Source: Anaerolineales bacterium
Lineage (GTDB): Bacteria; Chloroflexota; Anaerolineae; Anaerolineales; UBA11858
DNA length: 41,592 bases
Assembly (NCBI GenBank): GCA_021161345.1
Contig: JAGHAU010000044.1
Coordinates: forward strand, 1 to 41,592
Reading direction: 5' to 3'
Below the pieces are notes generated by a model that did not search any database, was not told the origin of the DNA, and saw only the letters and a program-made list of their open reading frames with translations. The translations under genes were made by a program, and so were the position numbers. Position 1 is the stretch's first letter; the number at the start of each line of letters is the position of its first letter. Shown here one piece after another: positions 7,597 to 17,083 of this stretch.

Positions 7597-10035
7597 TCAC
7601 TGGGTTCGGGAGTAGATCCTGCGATAAATGGCGAAAATCTCTGAAATATTCTTGATATAGGTTTTTGTTTCAGTAAATCTGATAATTTCCACAAATAGAT
7701 CAGGATCTCCTTCAGCTTCTTGCAGCCAGGTGGCAGAGCTTCCAGGTCCTGCGTTATATCCGGCCAGTGCCGCGTACATATCTCCATCAAAGTATGATCT
7801 CAAGAATCCCAAATAAGCAGTCCCCAATTTTACGCTGACAATCGGCCGGTAGAGGTCCTCGTCATTATAATCTGGCGGCCAACCTTCTTGATCTGCTCGC
7901 TCCGCGCCCGTGCTGGGAATGATCTGCATCAACCCTCTTGCGCCAGCTGTGGATCTGACAAAACCCTCAAAGAGGGACTCCTGGCGCATGACACTGAAAA
8001 GAAGTAGGGGATGGAAGCCGTAATCTTGTCCGGCTGGAATTACCAAATCGCTGTAATATGTTCCGAAACGAATATGGTTGAAATAGACTGGCGCATTCAT
8101 AGTCTCGGCGTCACTCATCCCGACCGAGTTCAGTACCTGGCGGGAGGCAAAGATAGCTGGCCTGTATAATCCCAGGTCCAGATAATAGTTTGCCAGGCGG
8201 TAACTGCTGACGGGATCAAAACTAACCTCATTTCGGAGCGCTTCAAATTCGGCCCTGGCTTCATTATAGAGGTCCAGTTCCCAGAATTCTGTCCCGCGAA
8301 TGATCCGGGGATCTTCAGCCAGTAAGCCGAGGCTGTCCAGATTTGTCTCCGGGGGGATGGAAAAATTCTCCTTGATCCAGGCCTGGGCTTCTTCCTTTTC
8401 AACCAGTACATCAATTCCGATATCATAATCCTGTGGAGGCGTGAATGGCTCCCGACCTTGGAGAAGATCCCGAGCACGTTCGCTGTAATAACCGGTAGGA
8501 TCCGCGTTGGCACCTTCCCGCCAGGCGGTTTCGGCCGCTTCTGCATTCCCCTGTATTTGATGCACTTTTCCGATCCAGAACAAAGCCTGGGAGAGCTCTT
8601 CAAAGTCCTGGGAAGCGTCCCTGTAAGTATAGAATCTTGATAGGGCAGTGTTATATGCTGATAATCTGACCTGACTGATAGCGCTCTTGAACAAGCTCAA
8701 ATTGCCGTATGCCGAAGTTGGATATTCATCAAATACGCGTTTCCAGAGCGCGGACGCGGTTTCAAGATCTCCTGCCATCTCTTCAACTCTACCAGCATCA
8801 TACAGGAATTCCGCTGCCCGGGGTTGATATGGATTGCTCTGGACAAAATTCTGCAGTACCCGGCTGGCTTCACCATAACGGCCTAAATAAAACCAAAGTG
8901 AATGGGCTTTGAATTCCCAGGCCTGGACCAAATAGGCATGATCAGGATATTTATCGATCAATTCATTCCAGGCGATCAGGGCTTCTTCATGTCTGCCCAT
9001 GGCCCGCAGCGAAAAACCCTTAAAATAAAGCGCAGTTCCGCGATCCCCCGCTTCGGGATTTGCCAGGTAGCGATCAAAGGCCTCCACCGCATAACTGTAC
9101 TGGCCGGCGTAATAATCCACCAGACCCCGGTCTAGATCATTGATTGAAAACCCATTATTCACGATCTCGATCAGCCCCAGATATGAATCGTAGCTGAGAG
9201 GATAATGGATAACTGCGTCTCTGAAAGCTGCTTCTGCAAGATCATTTTGTCCCAGTTCCAGGTAGGAAAGTCCGAGCAAATAATCCGCCCGGGCTTTGGC
9301 ATAATCATTTCCCGTTTGAGTATAGACATCCCTAAAAATGACGATAGCTGTGTTGTAATCTTTCAACTTGGCATATTCCTCGCCAATCTTTAATTGCAAG
9401 GTATACAGGTCTTCTCCACTGCCGGCAGCGATAGCGGCCTGGTAAGCCTCAATAGCTTTAATGGATTCTCCGGCAGCTGATAGGGCATTACCCCGTTTAT
9501 TCTGCATGTAGGCATCAAGAATGCCCGGGCGCCGGTTCAAATAAAGTGTGTAGGCATCTGCAGCTTCCAAATTACGGTCAAGGGTAGAATAGGTCTCAGC
9601 CAGGGCAAAATAAGCTTTGTGAATGATATCGGATTCTGGATAACTGGCTACCAGGAGGCGCAGGTAATCTAACGCCTTCTGGTAATCACCTTCCTGGAAA
9701 AATACCTTGCCAAGACCCAATAAAGCAGTGCTTCCTTCTTCCGGAGTTTGAGCCTGGGCCAGCGTATCTTCATAACTCGTTATTGCTGATACCCAGTCTC
9801 CGTAAAAATAGTGAATATCGCCGGAGATCGAACTTTCCAATGGAGGCAAGAAGGGAGTGGATGTGGGGACAGGTGAAAATACAGGCAGATCCTGGACTTC
9901 TACCAGCTCTGCTGGATCGGGATCTGGCGCTGCGGCAGGTTCAGAGTTCCGTGTGGATAGGATATACCATCCCGCAATGGAGATTGTGCCGATTAAAATG
10001 ATCAGTGTTGATACCTGATAGAATCTTCTTCTCAT
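7597..10035 (-). CDS. TPR-repeat protein with a C-terminal lytic murein transglycosylase (SLT) domain
   Basis: 812 aa. N-terminal TM, a long TPR-like region, then SLT motifs MRQESLFEGF, GARGLMQIIPSTG and GYNAGPG. Confidence 0.8.
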   Translation of the reverse strand: MRRRFYQVSTLIILIGTISIAGWYILSTRNSEPAAAPDPDPAELVEVQDLPVFSPVPTSTPFLPPLESSISGDIHYFYGDWVSAITSYEDTLAQAQTPEEGSTALLGLGKVFFQEGDYQKALDYLRLLVASYPESDIIHKAYFALAETYSTLDRNLEAADAYTLYLNRRPGILDAYMQNKRGNALSAAGESIKAIEAYQAAIAAGSGEDLYTLQLKIGEEYAKLKDYNTAIVIFRDVYTQTGNDYAKARADYLLGLSYLELGQNDLAEAAFRDAVIHYPLSYDSYLGLIEIVNNGFSINDLDRGLVDYYAGQYSYAVEAFDRYLANPEAGDRGTALYFKGFSLRAMGRHEEALIAWNELIDKYPDHAYLVQAWEFKAHSLWFYLGRYGEASRVLQNFVQSNPYQPRAAEFLYDAGRVEEMAGDLETASALWKRVFDEYPTSAYGNLSLFKSAISQVRLSAYNTALSRFYTYRDASQDFEELSQALFWIGKVHQIQGNAEAAETAWREGANADPTGYYSERARDLLQGREPFTPPQDYDIGIDVLVEKEEAQAWIKENFSIPPETNLDSLGLLAEDPRIIRGTEFWELDLYNEARAEFEALRNEVSFDPVSSYRLANYYLDLGLYRPAIFASRQVLNSVGMSDAETMNAPVYFNHIRFGTYYSDLVIPAGQDYGFHPLLLFSVMRQESLFEGFVRSTAGARGLMQIIPSTGAERADQEGWPPDYNDEDLYRPIVSVKLGTAYLGFLRSYFDGDMYAALAGYNAGPGSSATWLQEAEGDPDLFVEIIRFTETKTYIKNISEIFAIYRRIYSRTQ

Positions 10036-10056
10036 ATTATTAGGAAGTTACTGAAA

Positions 10057-10962
10057 TTAGATGGTCCATTCCCCGTGGATAATTGCAACCAGATACCATT
10101 GATCATTATCTGGAATGAATACCAGCCGCAGGCTCCGCCAATCCATACCACCATATTGGGGGTCGATACCGGGGAAATGATATTCAATCATAATACCATC
10201 CGGGTAGATTTCCTGGATATTATTCATTGAATTTCCTGAACTTACCTCAACATTAAAACCTACCACACTGGGTTTATGATAATCCTGGTCATAAACGAAT
10301 TCCTGATGGTACTCGGAGAATGTCAGATCGATCGGCTTTCCTGTTCCATCATAATGGCCCCAGGCAAAAGGCTCTGAAGAGCTGGTATAAATATACAAAT
10401 CCGAAGGACAGATTATCCGGTTATCAGTGTTGAGGTATTGATAGGGAGAGAATCGCAAACATGATTCCGGATGAATCAAAGGGATCAATTGTTTGTATTG
10501 GGCGGTTTTTAACGACTCTAGCACTTGCTGGCCCAGTATGATCAGATTTGCCGGCAGGGCGCCATGTTGTTCAGCTAAAAATTCCAGACCTACCCAACCT
10601 GCTGTTTGCTTGTGATCAATTAACAACCAGGAAGAATTGCCTTCCAGATGGACTTCCCCGGTCGGCTTGATGTCTGTTCCAAAGGAAGGGATCTGCTCTA
10701 CAATAAGGGAATCAGCTGATGGATCTTTATAAACACTTAAGAAAGAGTCCCGGGCAATTCCAACCACAGAGTATCTTTCAAAGAGCTCTACTTTCGCAGC
10801 CGGACTAGTTTCTGTTGGTTGGATTTCTATGGGAATTATTGTAGGGTCTGGTTCCGTTATTCCTGAACAGCCAGACAGGGCCAAGCCCGTCAATAGAAGA
10901 AATGTAAATATTAATACTGCTTTTGAGAGATTTTTATTGGTTCTGGTTGGCATAATACTCAC
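10057..10962 (-). CDS. Hypothetical lipoprotein
   Basis: 301 aa. Signal peptide with lipobox LALSGC. No recognisable catalytic motif. The 5' end overlaps nth by 29 nt, so the true start may be the internal Met. Confidence 0.55.
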   Translation of the reverse strand: MSIMPTRTNKNLSKAVLIFTFLLLTGLALSGCSGITEPDPTIIPIEIQPTETSPAAKVELFERYSVVGIARDSFLSVYKDPSADSLIVEQIPSFGTDIKPTGEVHLEGNSSWLLIDHKQTAGWVGLEFLAEQHGALPANLIILGQQVLESLKTAQYKQLIPLIHPESCLRFSPYQYLNTDNRIICPSDLYIYTSSSEPFAWGHYDGTGKPIDLTFSEYHQEFVYDQDYHKPSVVGFNVEVSSGNSMNNIQEIYPDGIMIEYHFPGIDPQYGGMDWRSLRLVFIPDNDQWYLVAIIHGEWTI

Positions 10963-11599
10963 AAATTTGGGTTAAGGGGCATTCCTGGCAGAGTGGTTGG
11001 CGGGCTTTGCAGACTTCCCGACCCAATCGGATAATGTTCAGGTGAACGGGGTAATATGTTTCCGGTTCAAATTGCTCAGCCAGATAGATATGAGCTTTGG
11101 CGGCGCTCATATTCTCAGGTCGAATTCCCACTCTCCCGGTGATACGGTATACATGAGTGTCAACAGGAAAGGCAGGCATATCAAGAGAAAACAGCAGGAC
11201 AATCGAGGCGGTTTTGGGACCAACACCTTTTAGATTGATCAGCCACTCGGAGGCTTCCTGGCTGGACATTCCTTTCAGGAAATCCAATTCGATTTGTCCT
11301 CTTTCTTCCGTGATCATTTTTAGGGCATTCTGAATGGCTGGACCTTTCTGGTTAGCTAATCCTGCTGTTTTGATCAATGGCAAGATCTTTTTTTCTTCAG
11401 CATCCCTGATTTCTTCCCAGGTAGGGAATCTTTCGAGGAGTGTGTTATAAGCGATATCCCGGTTAACGTCATTGGTGTTTTGGGAGAGGATAGTGGATAC
11501 CAGTTCTCCTACTGGAGACAGATGAGAACGCCAGGTTGGCGGGCCATATTTATCCACCAGTAACTGGTGGATCTCAGCCGCTAACTGTTGATTATTCAT
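10934..11599 (-). CDS. nth: Endonuclease III (HhH-GPD DNA glycosylase/AP lyase)
   Basis: HhH motif LKGVGPKTASIVL, the VDTHV segment, and a C-terminal 4Fe-4S cluster C-x6-C-x2-C-x5-C (CKARQPLCQECPLTQIC). Confidence 0.85.
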   Translation of the reverse strand: MNNQQLAAEIHQLLVDKYGPPTWRSHLSPVGELVSTILSQNTNDVNRDIAYNTLLERFPTWEEIRDAEEKKILPLIKTAGLANQKGPAIQNALKMITEERGQIELDFLKGMSSQEASEWLINLKGVGPKTASIVLLFSLDMPAFPVDTHVYRITGRVGIRPENMSAAKAHIYLAEQFEPETYYPVHLNIIRLGREVCKARQPLCQECPLTQICEYYANQNQ

Positions 11600-11602
11600 G
11601 GA

Positions 11603-12667
11603 TTAGCTGTATTGTAATTGAAAACAGGGTTTTCCTTCACCAATTGGGAACCGGCATTGATTGCGGTATTTATGCGTAGGTCCCAGGTCACTTAATTCAG
11701 TTAGTTGTTCCGGTGAAAGGAATTCTAATTGGCGGAGGACCTCGATCATCACTGCCCCAAGGGCCCGTTTCCCGAGGTCTCCAGAGGCTATTTTTAGAGT
11801 GATGCCTAATGCTGGAGATCCGGGAAAAATCGCATTCTCGAATATACCTGCAGCCTGGTAGGCCTCAGCTCCTGCTTTGGAGATGATCTTCCCTTGTGCC
11901 AGTTCCATCAATCTTGTATCCAATCTTCCAGGTCCGGCAACATAAAACGGATGATTCCCCATGGCGGAGGTGATCTTCTGGCAGGCTTGGGAGCGGTTTT
12001 CAGGGAATCCATCTGGTTTTACTAATCGGGCCCATCCCAGGGCTGCATTGAATAGAGGAACGGCGAATGTTGGCACCGAACAGCCATCCCTTCCGATTTG
12101 AACCTGGCCTGGATCAAGGCCGCAAAAATTACTGAATGTTTCCAGTATCCGCTGCTGGACCGGATGATCAATTTCGGTATATCCCTGTTTGGAAACACCC
12201 ATCAGGGTCGCCTGGCCTAACATACCGGTATGTTTTCCGGAACAGTTGTGGTAATTTTGTGTCGGCGATATTCCCTGGTCTTTAAGTTTCGACCGGCTGG
12301 CTTTATCAAAGGGTTGGTGAGTGCAGCATAATAGATCATCCTCTGTGACACCAATTTTGGTCTGCAGGCCGTAAACTGTTTTTAAATGGGTATCTGTGCT
12401 GGAATGTGATGCGCAGGTAATCGCTAACTCTTCACCTGTCATCTGGAATCTGTCCAATCCACCCATCTCTACCAATGGGACTGCCTGAAATGGTTTTGCT
12501 GATGAACGCAGGAAGGTCACGATCTCTGGATCTCCGGCCCAGGCAAATAGATCTCCATCAGCTGTTGCTACTGCAACTGCGCCAAAATAAATGGATTCAA
12601 CAACATCTCCGCGGAGTGTCTGAAAGAGGGGAATATAGCCCGGTTTTTTAAAGTCAGGGTTTTTCAT
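11603..12667 (-). CDS. L-asparaginase II family protein (Rhizobium AnsA type)
   Basis: 354 aa. Family-typical RSSAKPFQAVPLVEMGG and CSGKHTGML segments. Confidence 0.7.
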   Translation of the reverse strand: MKNPDFKKPGYIPLFQTLRGDVVESIYFGAVAVATADGDLFAWAGDPEIVTFLRSSAKPFQAVPLVEMGGLDRFQMTGEELAITCASHSSTDTHLKTVYGLQTKIGVTEDDLLCCTHQPFDKASRSKLKDQGISPTQNYHNCSGKHTGMLGQATLMGVSKQGYTEIDHPVQQRILETFSNFCGLDPGQVQIGRDGCSVPTFAVPLFNAALGWARLVKPDGFPENRSQACQKITSAMGNHPFYVAGPGRLDTRLMELAQGKIISKAGAEAYQAAGIFENAIFPGSPALGITLKIASGDLGKRALGAVMIEVLRQLEFLSPEQLTELSDLGPTHKYRNQCRFPIGEGKPCFQLQYS

Positions 12668-12703
12668 GTTTGAAATCCTGGAAAGAATTATCTTGCCGGG
12701 GAA

Positions 12704-13573
12704 TTAGGAGGTTTTCTTTCCGTTTTCATCTATCCGGGGAAAGTAATTCCTCAAGTAGTATTGGGTAAAGCCGTGTTGAAGCCGCTGAAGGAAGAATTCA
12801 CGATCTCGTTTCAGGAAATTAAAATCGTCCAGGAATTTCTCTGCCTGATTCTTTATGTCCTCAGCTGATGCCCTACGGCTGGCGAGTTTATCAATCCGCC
12901 GATGGATTTTGCGGAAGGCTTTTTTCAACTCACGGATATGATCCTGGGTGATGGGACCTCCGCGTCCGCTGATCATTTCATAATCCCGGAAGCGGGCTCT
13001 AAGCAGTACGTCCAGGGTGTCAATCCAGGTTGGTAGATGGGCTTTACTCAGGAAGGGAGGGCCATTATCCACAACTGCGTCTCCAATAAACATCACCTTA
13101 TGAGATGGGATAATCACCCAGCTGGCGCCAGGTCTTGGTCCGGGATGATGTTCAACCAGCACTTCCTCATCTGACCAGTGGAGCTGAATTTTTTCTGTGA
13201 AAGTGATGTCAGGGACCATCCACTGCATTCCAGAGGTCTCGGGGTATTTTTCCCATTGGGAGCCGCTTTCTGTGAATTGGGGGCGGAAAACCGTGTTCGG
13301 TTCTTGAAGTCCGGTGGCGGCATCTTTATGGATCAGGATCGGGCAATCCAAGCTCTTGGCGCCTATTGTCCGATCTGGATGGTCATCCAGGCACACAGCC
13401 AGTTTATGGATCGTACCCTGACTGCGATTCAATAATGTGGTTTTCCAGCGATGTCCATCTTCAGGTCTCAAGGGAGCATCTATGAATATCATTCCCCGGG
13501 GAAGCAAGATTGCGCCAATGGTTGGCCCTGGGTAGCTATCTTCGTAATATATCCCGGGTTTAATTTCGTGCAT
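12704..13573 (-). CDS. MBL-fold-like protein with a divergent metal-binding motif
   Basis: 289 aa. VCLDDHPDRTIG occupies the place of the canonical HxHxDH motif. HHPGPRPG lies later in the protein. Confidence 0.4.
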   Translation of the reverse strand: MHEIKPGIYYEDSYPGPTIGAILLPRGMIFIDAPLRPEDGHRWKTTLLNRSQGTIHKLAVCLDDHPDRTIGAKSLDCPILIHKDAATGLQEPNTVFRPQFTESGSQWEKYPETSGMQWMVPDITFTEKIQLHWSDEEVLVEHHPGPRPGASWVIIPSHKVMFIGDAVVDNGPPFLSKAHLPTWIDTLDVLLRARFRDYEMISGRGGPITQDHIRELKKAFRKIHRRIDKLASRRASAEDIKNQAEKFLDDFNFLKRDREFFLQRLQHGFTQYYLRNYFPRIDENGKKTS

Positions 13574-13614
13574 TTATACTCCTTCTAGGTTTTTCTACGA
13601 CGTATGATCCTGTC

Positions 13615-15714
13615 CTATGCAGATGGGATCGTAAAAGTGAATTTGGCCCCGCCTTCCGGCAGATTTTCCACCCAGATGCGGCCTTTGTGGCCTTCAACGG
13701 CCAGTCTACAGAAAGCCAATCCCAAACCCAACCCTTTTATCCTCTCGTCAGGATGGATGCGGGTATATTTATCGAAGATTCGGTCTATATAATCGGGATC
13801 CACTCCCGGTCCTGAATCCTGAACCCAGAAGCGAATAGCCTGGCCGTCGGCTTCTACTCCAAATTCAATGTGTCCATTGGATGGTGTGAATTTGACGGCA
13901 TTCTGGAATAGATTGATCAAAACCCTTTCAAGCATATCCCTGTCGGCATGAATTTTGGGAAGATCAGCAGGGATATCCAGAGTTACTTTTTGTTTTTTTG
14001 CATCAGACTGAGTGATCAGGGCTTGTTTGGCATAGTGGATCAGCTCGTCGGGTTTTACTTCTTCCAAATTGGTTATGGCTCGTCCGCTTTCCAGTTTGTT
14101 GATATCCAGAAGTGATTTTGTCAGCCGTTGGATTCTGACTGTAGATCGGTTGGCAATATCAAACAGATCCTGGATCTCTTGATCCTTTGCGCCGGGCAGA
14201 GATGCCTGGATCACATCCAGGCTTGAGATTACATTTGATAATGGAGAGCGCAGATCATGGAAGATCATGGATGTCAGGTCCTCTCGCAGCTGATCCAGTT
14301 TTTTCCTTTCTGATATATCTCGCAAAATCCACTGCAGCCTGTATACATTGGCTATCTGGATCTGGTGGACATTGACATGGATAGGTATATCTTCAGAATC
14401 CTTGGTTTTCAGGTTGGATTCATATGAGCAGGACGCCATTTCTAGCAGGTTCGAGAAGTCCTCTCCTACTCCTTCCCAGTCGATATCATGAATTTTGCTG
14501 ATGGATAAATCTTTAAGTTCTTCTTCTGAATATTGACTGGTTTCCAAGGTCCGGTTATTTGTTTCTATTACCATGCCCTGGAAATCGGTAATGATAATGG
14601 GGTCAATGCTGTTTTCGAACAGATCGTGGTAGCGGCTGTTAGTGACCTGGAGATCCTCGTATAACTGGGCGTTTTGAATGGACGAACCCGCCAGGCTTCC
14701 CATACCGGATAGGACCTGGAGGGCATCAGCCTGAAAATAACCGGCGAGGGGATTTATAGCCTCCAGTACGCCAAGGATTTTCCCCGGAATGAAGATCGGT
14801 GCTGCTATGATCGCAAAAGGTGATATCTCGGGGAAGAGCTGGTTTGTTTGCGAAAATCGGGGATCGTCTTTTGTATCCGGGATGATCACCCCTTCGCCGC
14901 TTTCTGCAACCCAACCGGCAAATCCCTGGCCGATCCTGATTTTTTTCCCGACAACCAATGAGTTCAGATCAATCGTATCGTGGCTGGCAGCCTTATAAAC
15001 CAGATTGCCTTCTTCTTTATCGATTAACGAAAGGGTAACAGCCTCAACCTGGAGAGCTGTCTGGATTTCCTTCAGAATATTGTCCAGCACAGTATCCAGA
15101 TTCAAAGTTGATGACATTGCCGTGGCGCTATTTGCCAGAGCGGTCATAACTCTCGTCCGCCGTTCACTTTCGCCATAAAGCTGGGCATTGAGGATAGCGA
15201 TCCCGGCTTGATCAGCGATGGCATCAACCAGGGCCAAATGGTACTTTTGAAGGTAGTGAGGTTTGGGATGGGCCAATGTGATCACGCCCATTAAGTCATT
15301 TCGGACCGTTATCGGCACAGCAACCACAGATTTTGCGCCGGTCACATCATCATCCGGCCGTCGGAGCCAGCGTTCATCCTGGCTGGTATCGGGGATGTTG
15401 ACTGCATCCTTGTTTTTTACCACCCAGCCTGCCAGGCCTTCTTCCAGGGTTGCCTTCAACTGTTCAGTAGTATGGGTGAGAACCTGGTCATTCACGATCA
15501 TGGCAGACTCGAGTGGATGTCCATTTTCATCCAGAACAATAATACTGCCGCTGATAGCCCCGATGGTTTTCAGGGACAGCGATAGAACCCGCTCGAGGAC
15601 GGTGGATAAATCCAGTGTAGTTGCAATTTCGCGGCTGATGCGATAAAGCAGCTCAAGGGATGCTTTTTGAGTTCCTTTTATTTGATCTGGTCCGTTATTG
15701 TTATTTGTTGTCAT
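13615..15714 (-). CDS. Cytoplasmic sensor histidine kinase (GAF-GAF-PAS-HisKA-HATPase)
   Basis: 699 aa. H-box FHDLRSPLS, N-box LINLFQNAVKFT, G1 VQDSGPGV, G2 GLGLGLAF. No TM segment and no adjacent response regulator. Confidence 0.85.
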   Translation of the reverse strand: MTTNNNNGPDQIKGTQKASLELLYRISREIATTLDLSTVLERVLSLSLKTIGAISGSIIVLDENGHPLESAMIVNDQVLTHTTEQLKATLEEGLAGWVVKNKDAVNIPDTSQDERWLRRPDDDVTGAKSVVAVPITVRNDLMGVITLAHPKPHYLQKYHLALVDAIADQAGIAILNAQLYGESERRTRVMTALANSATAMSSTLNLDTVLDNILKEIQTALQVEAVTLSLIDKEEGNLVYKAASHDTIDLNSLVVGKKIRIGQGFAGWVAESGEGVIIPDTKDDPRFSQTNQLFPEISPFAIIAAPIFIPGKILGVLEAINPLAGYFQADALQVLSGMGSLAGSSIQNAQLYEDLQVTNSRYHDLFENSIDPIIITDFQGMVIETNNRTLETSQYSEEELKDLSISKIHDIDWEGVGEDFSNLLEMASCSYESNLKTKDSEDIPIHVNVHQIQIANVYRLQWILRDISERKKLDQLREDLTSMIFHDLRSPLSNVISSLDVIQASLPGAKDQEIQDLFDIANRSTVRIQRLTKSLLDINKLESGRAITNLEEVKPDELIHYAKQALITQSDAKKQKVTLDIPADLPKIHADRDMLERVLINLFQNAVKFTPSNGHIEFGVEADGQAIRFWVQDSGPGVDPDYIDRIFDKYTRIHPDERIKGLGLGLAFCRLAVEGHKGRIWVENLPEGGAKFTFTIPSA

Positions 15715-16012
15715 ACTTAGAATCCTGCTAGCATTATTCTAACTCATATCCTGGAAAAGGTTTTGAGAATAGATCAAAATACCCGTTTAAGCCCTCATCA
15801 CCCCCAAAAAGGTTGTGAGGGAATCCAATAATACTCTCCTATTCATTAAAATTGATTAATCTGGTTCCTGGGAGCGAATTTACTCTCAGTTTTGTATGTA
15901 CAAAATCCCTTTTTACCAGCCCATTATCCCCTTAGAAGTTGATTCCTGAGAATAAGGGAGAGCTCTTGCAATTGAGGAAGAGATGGCCGCTGAACTGAGA
16001 AGAGTCATAAGT

Positions 16013-17005
16013 CTAGCGGGGAATGGTCGGGAGCTGTAAAAACAGATCCTCAACAGTCAGTTTTAGGTTGGAATTATTCTGCAGCAGACTGTGAGCCCGG
16101 CGAAATAGATTGACAGCTGATTTTGCTTCTTGAAGATCCACTGACCTGATTATGGACTTGATCTCCCCCTCGCGATCGATATTGCGGATGGGCGTGTCAG
16201 ATTTTCCAGTTTGCATGAGAATATCATGCCAGATAGAACTCCAGGTATCAAGCATTTCCTGAACCATAACCGGATTCTTGACGAGTTGATTTGCATAGGC
16301 AAATCTGGCAACGGAATCACCATACAGAATTTCATAGTGCTGGTCAAGGAGGGTATTTCTCCTCTCAAGGATCTCAGGATCCTGATGATATGCCAGGGCA
16401 AGTTCCGGTTTTCCACCAGAGATATGAGCCAGAAAGTCAGCTTGATCTCCTGGGATCTGATACAAGTTTTCCAAACCTATCCGGGTTGTTTGAATAGGCA
16501 CGGGATTGAGTTTGACCTCTTCGCAGCGGGAAGCGACAGTTTCAAATAAGGAGCTGGCAGAAACCGCTGTGAGGATCAGGATCACAGAACCGGGTGGCTC
16601 TTCCAGGGTTTTTAAGAGAGAATTCTGAGCACTCCTGTTCGCTAATTCGAAATCGATCAATAATCCGAACCGCCTTGAGGCTTCATAGGGGGTGAGTGAC
16701 AAAGTTCTGACCATTTCCCGGACCTGGTCGATCTTAATTTGTTTGCTGCCTTTTTCCACAGTGATGGGATAGAGATCCGGATGTTCCAGGCGCTGGAGCC
16801 TGGTGCAGGTTGAGCATTCCAGGCAGGGGATTCCGGGACCCTTGCTATTCGGACAGCAAATTGCCTGAATAAAACGAATCGCCAGGTTCTTCTTTCCGAT
16901 ATCGCTTGGCCCAGTTATTAAATACGCATGTCGCAGCGTGTTATTTTCTATATGACCCTGCAGTAATTGGGTCGCCCATTCGTGTCCGATCAAGTTCCAA
17001 GTCAT
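16013..17005 (-). CDS. holB: DNA polymerase III delta-prime subunit
   Basis: 330 aa. AAA+ clamp-loader N-terminus HAYLITGPSDIGKKNLA and the zinc module CCPN...CLECSTC. Confidence 0.8.
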   Translation of the reverse strand: MTWNLIGHEWATQLLQGHIENNTLRHAYLITGPSDIGKKNLAIRFIQAICCPNSKGPGIPCLECSTCTRLQRLEHPDLYPITVEKGSKQIKIDQVREMVRTLSLTPYEASRRFGLLIDFELANRSAQNSLLKTLEEPPGSVILILTAVSASSLFETVASRCEEVKLNPVPIQTTRIGLENLYQIPGDQADFLAHISGGKPELALAYHQDPEILERRNTLLDQHYEILYGDSVARFAYANQLVKNPVMVQEMLDTWSSIWHDILMQTGKSDTPIRNIDREGEIKSIIRSVDLQEAKSAVNLFRRAHSLLQNNSNLKLTVEDLFLQLPTIPR

Positions 17006-17045
17006 GGATGAATTCTACAACGGGGTAGATATTTATGCAATGTTG

Positions 17046-17074
17046 TTGACACCCATCTGGCAACCCATTAGAAT
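17046..17074 (+). promoter_or_regulatory. Candidate promoter for pcrA
   Basis: TTGACA (17046-17051), 17-nt spacer, TAGAAT (17069-17074). The -10 ends only 9 nt before the ATG at 17084, and there is no SD. Confidence 0.5.
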
Positions 17075-17083
17075 GAGCCCAGT

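Noticed and set aside
8130-8603. 157-aa alternative-frame ORF inside the TPR-SLT gene. The same applies to the long antisense ORFs at 20703-21098, 21600-21989, 29797-30351, 32068-32472, 33210-33581 and 37130-37597.
   Set aside because: These are shadow ORFs within genes that carry strong family motifs. Their translations are Arg/Pro/Gly-rich with no recognisable domains.
15890-15905. The 16-bp AT-rich palindrome TTTTGTA-TG-TACAAAA in the holB / histidine-kinase gap
   Set aside because: A palindrome with 7-bp arms and a fixed spacer is expected about 2-3 times by chance in 41.6 kb. The stem is AU-only, so it is not a credible terminator.
17006-17083. A gene-orientation switch (mostly minus to the left, mostly plus to the right), together with the DnaA boxes at 38.3 kb, as evidence for a replication origin
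   Set aside because: The divergent gap is only 78 bp and is filled by a promoter. The DnaA-box cluster is 21 kb away and has no adjacent AT-rich unwinding element or dnaA/dnaN gene. I could not compute GC skew. The boxes are treated as a regulatory or titration candidate, not as oriC.
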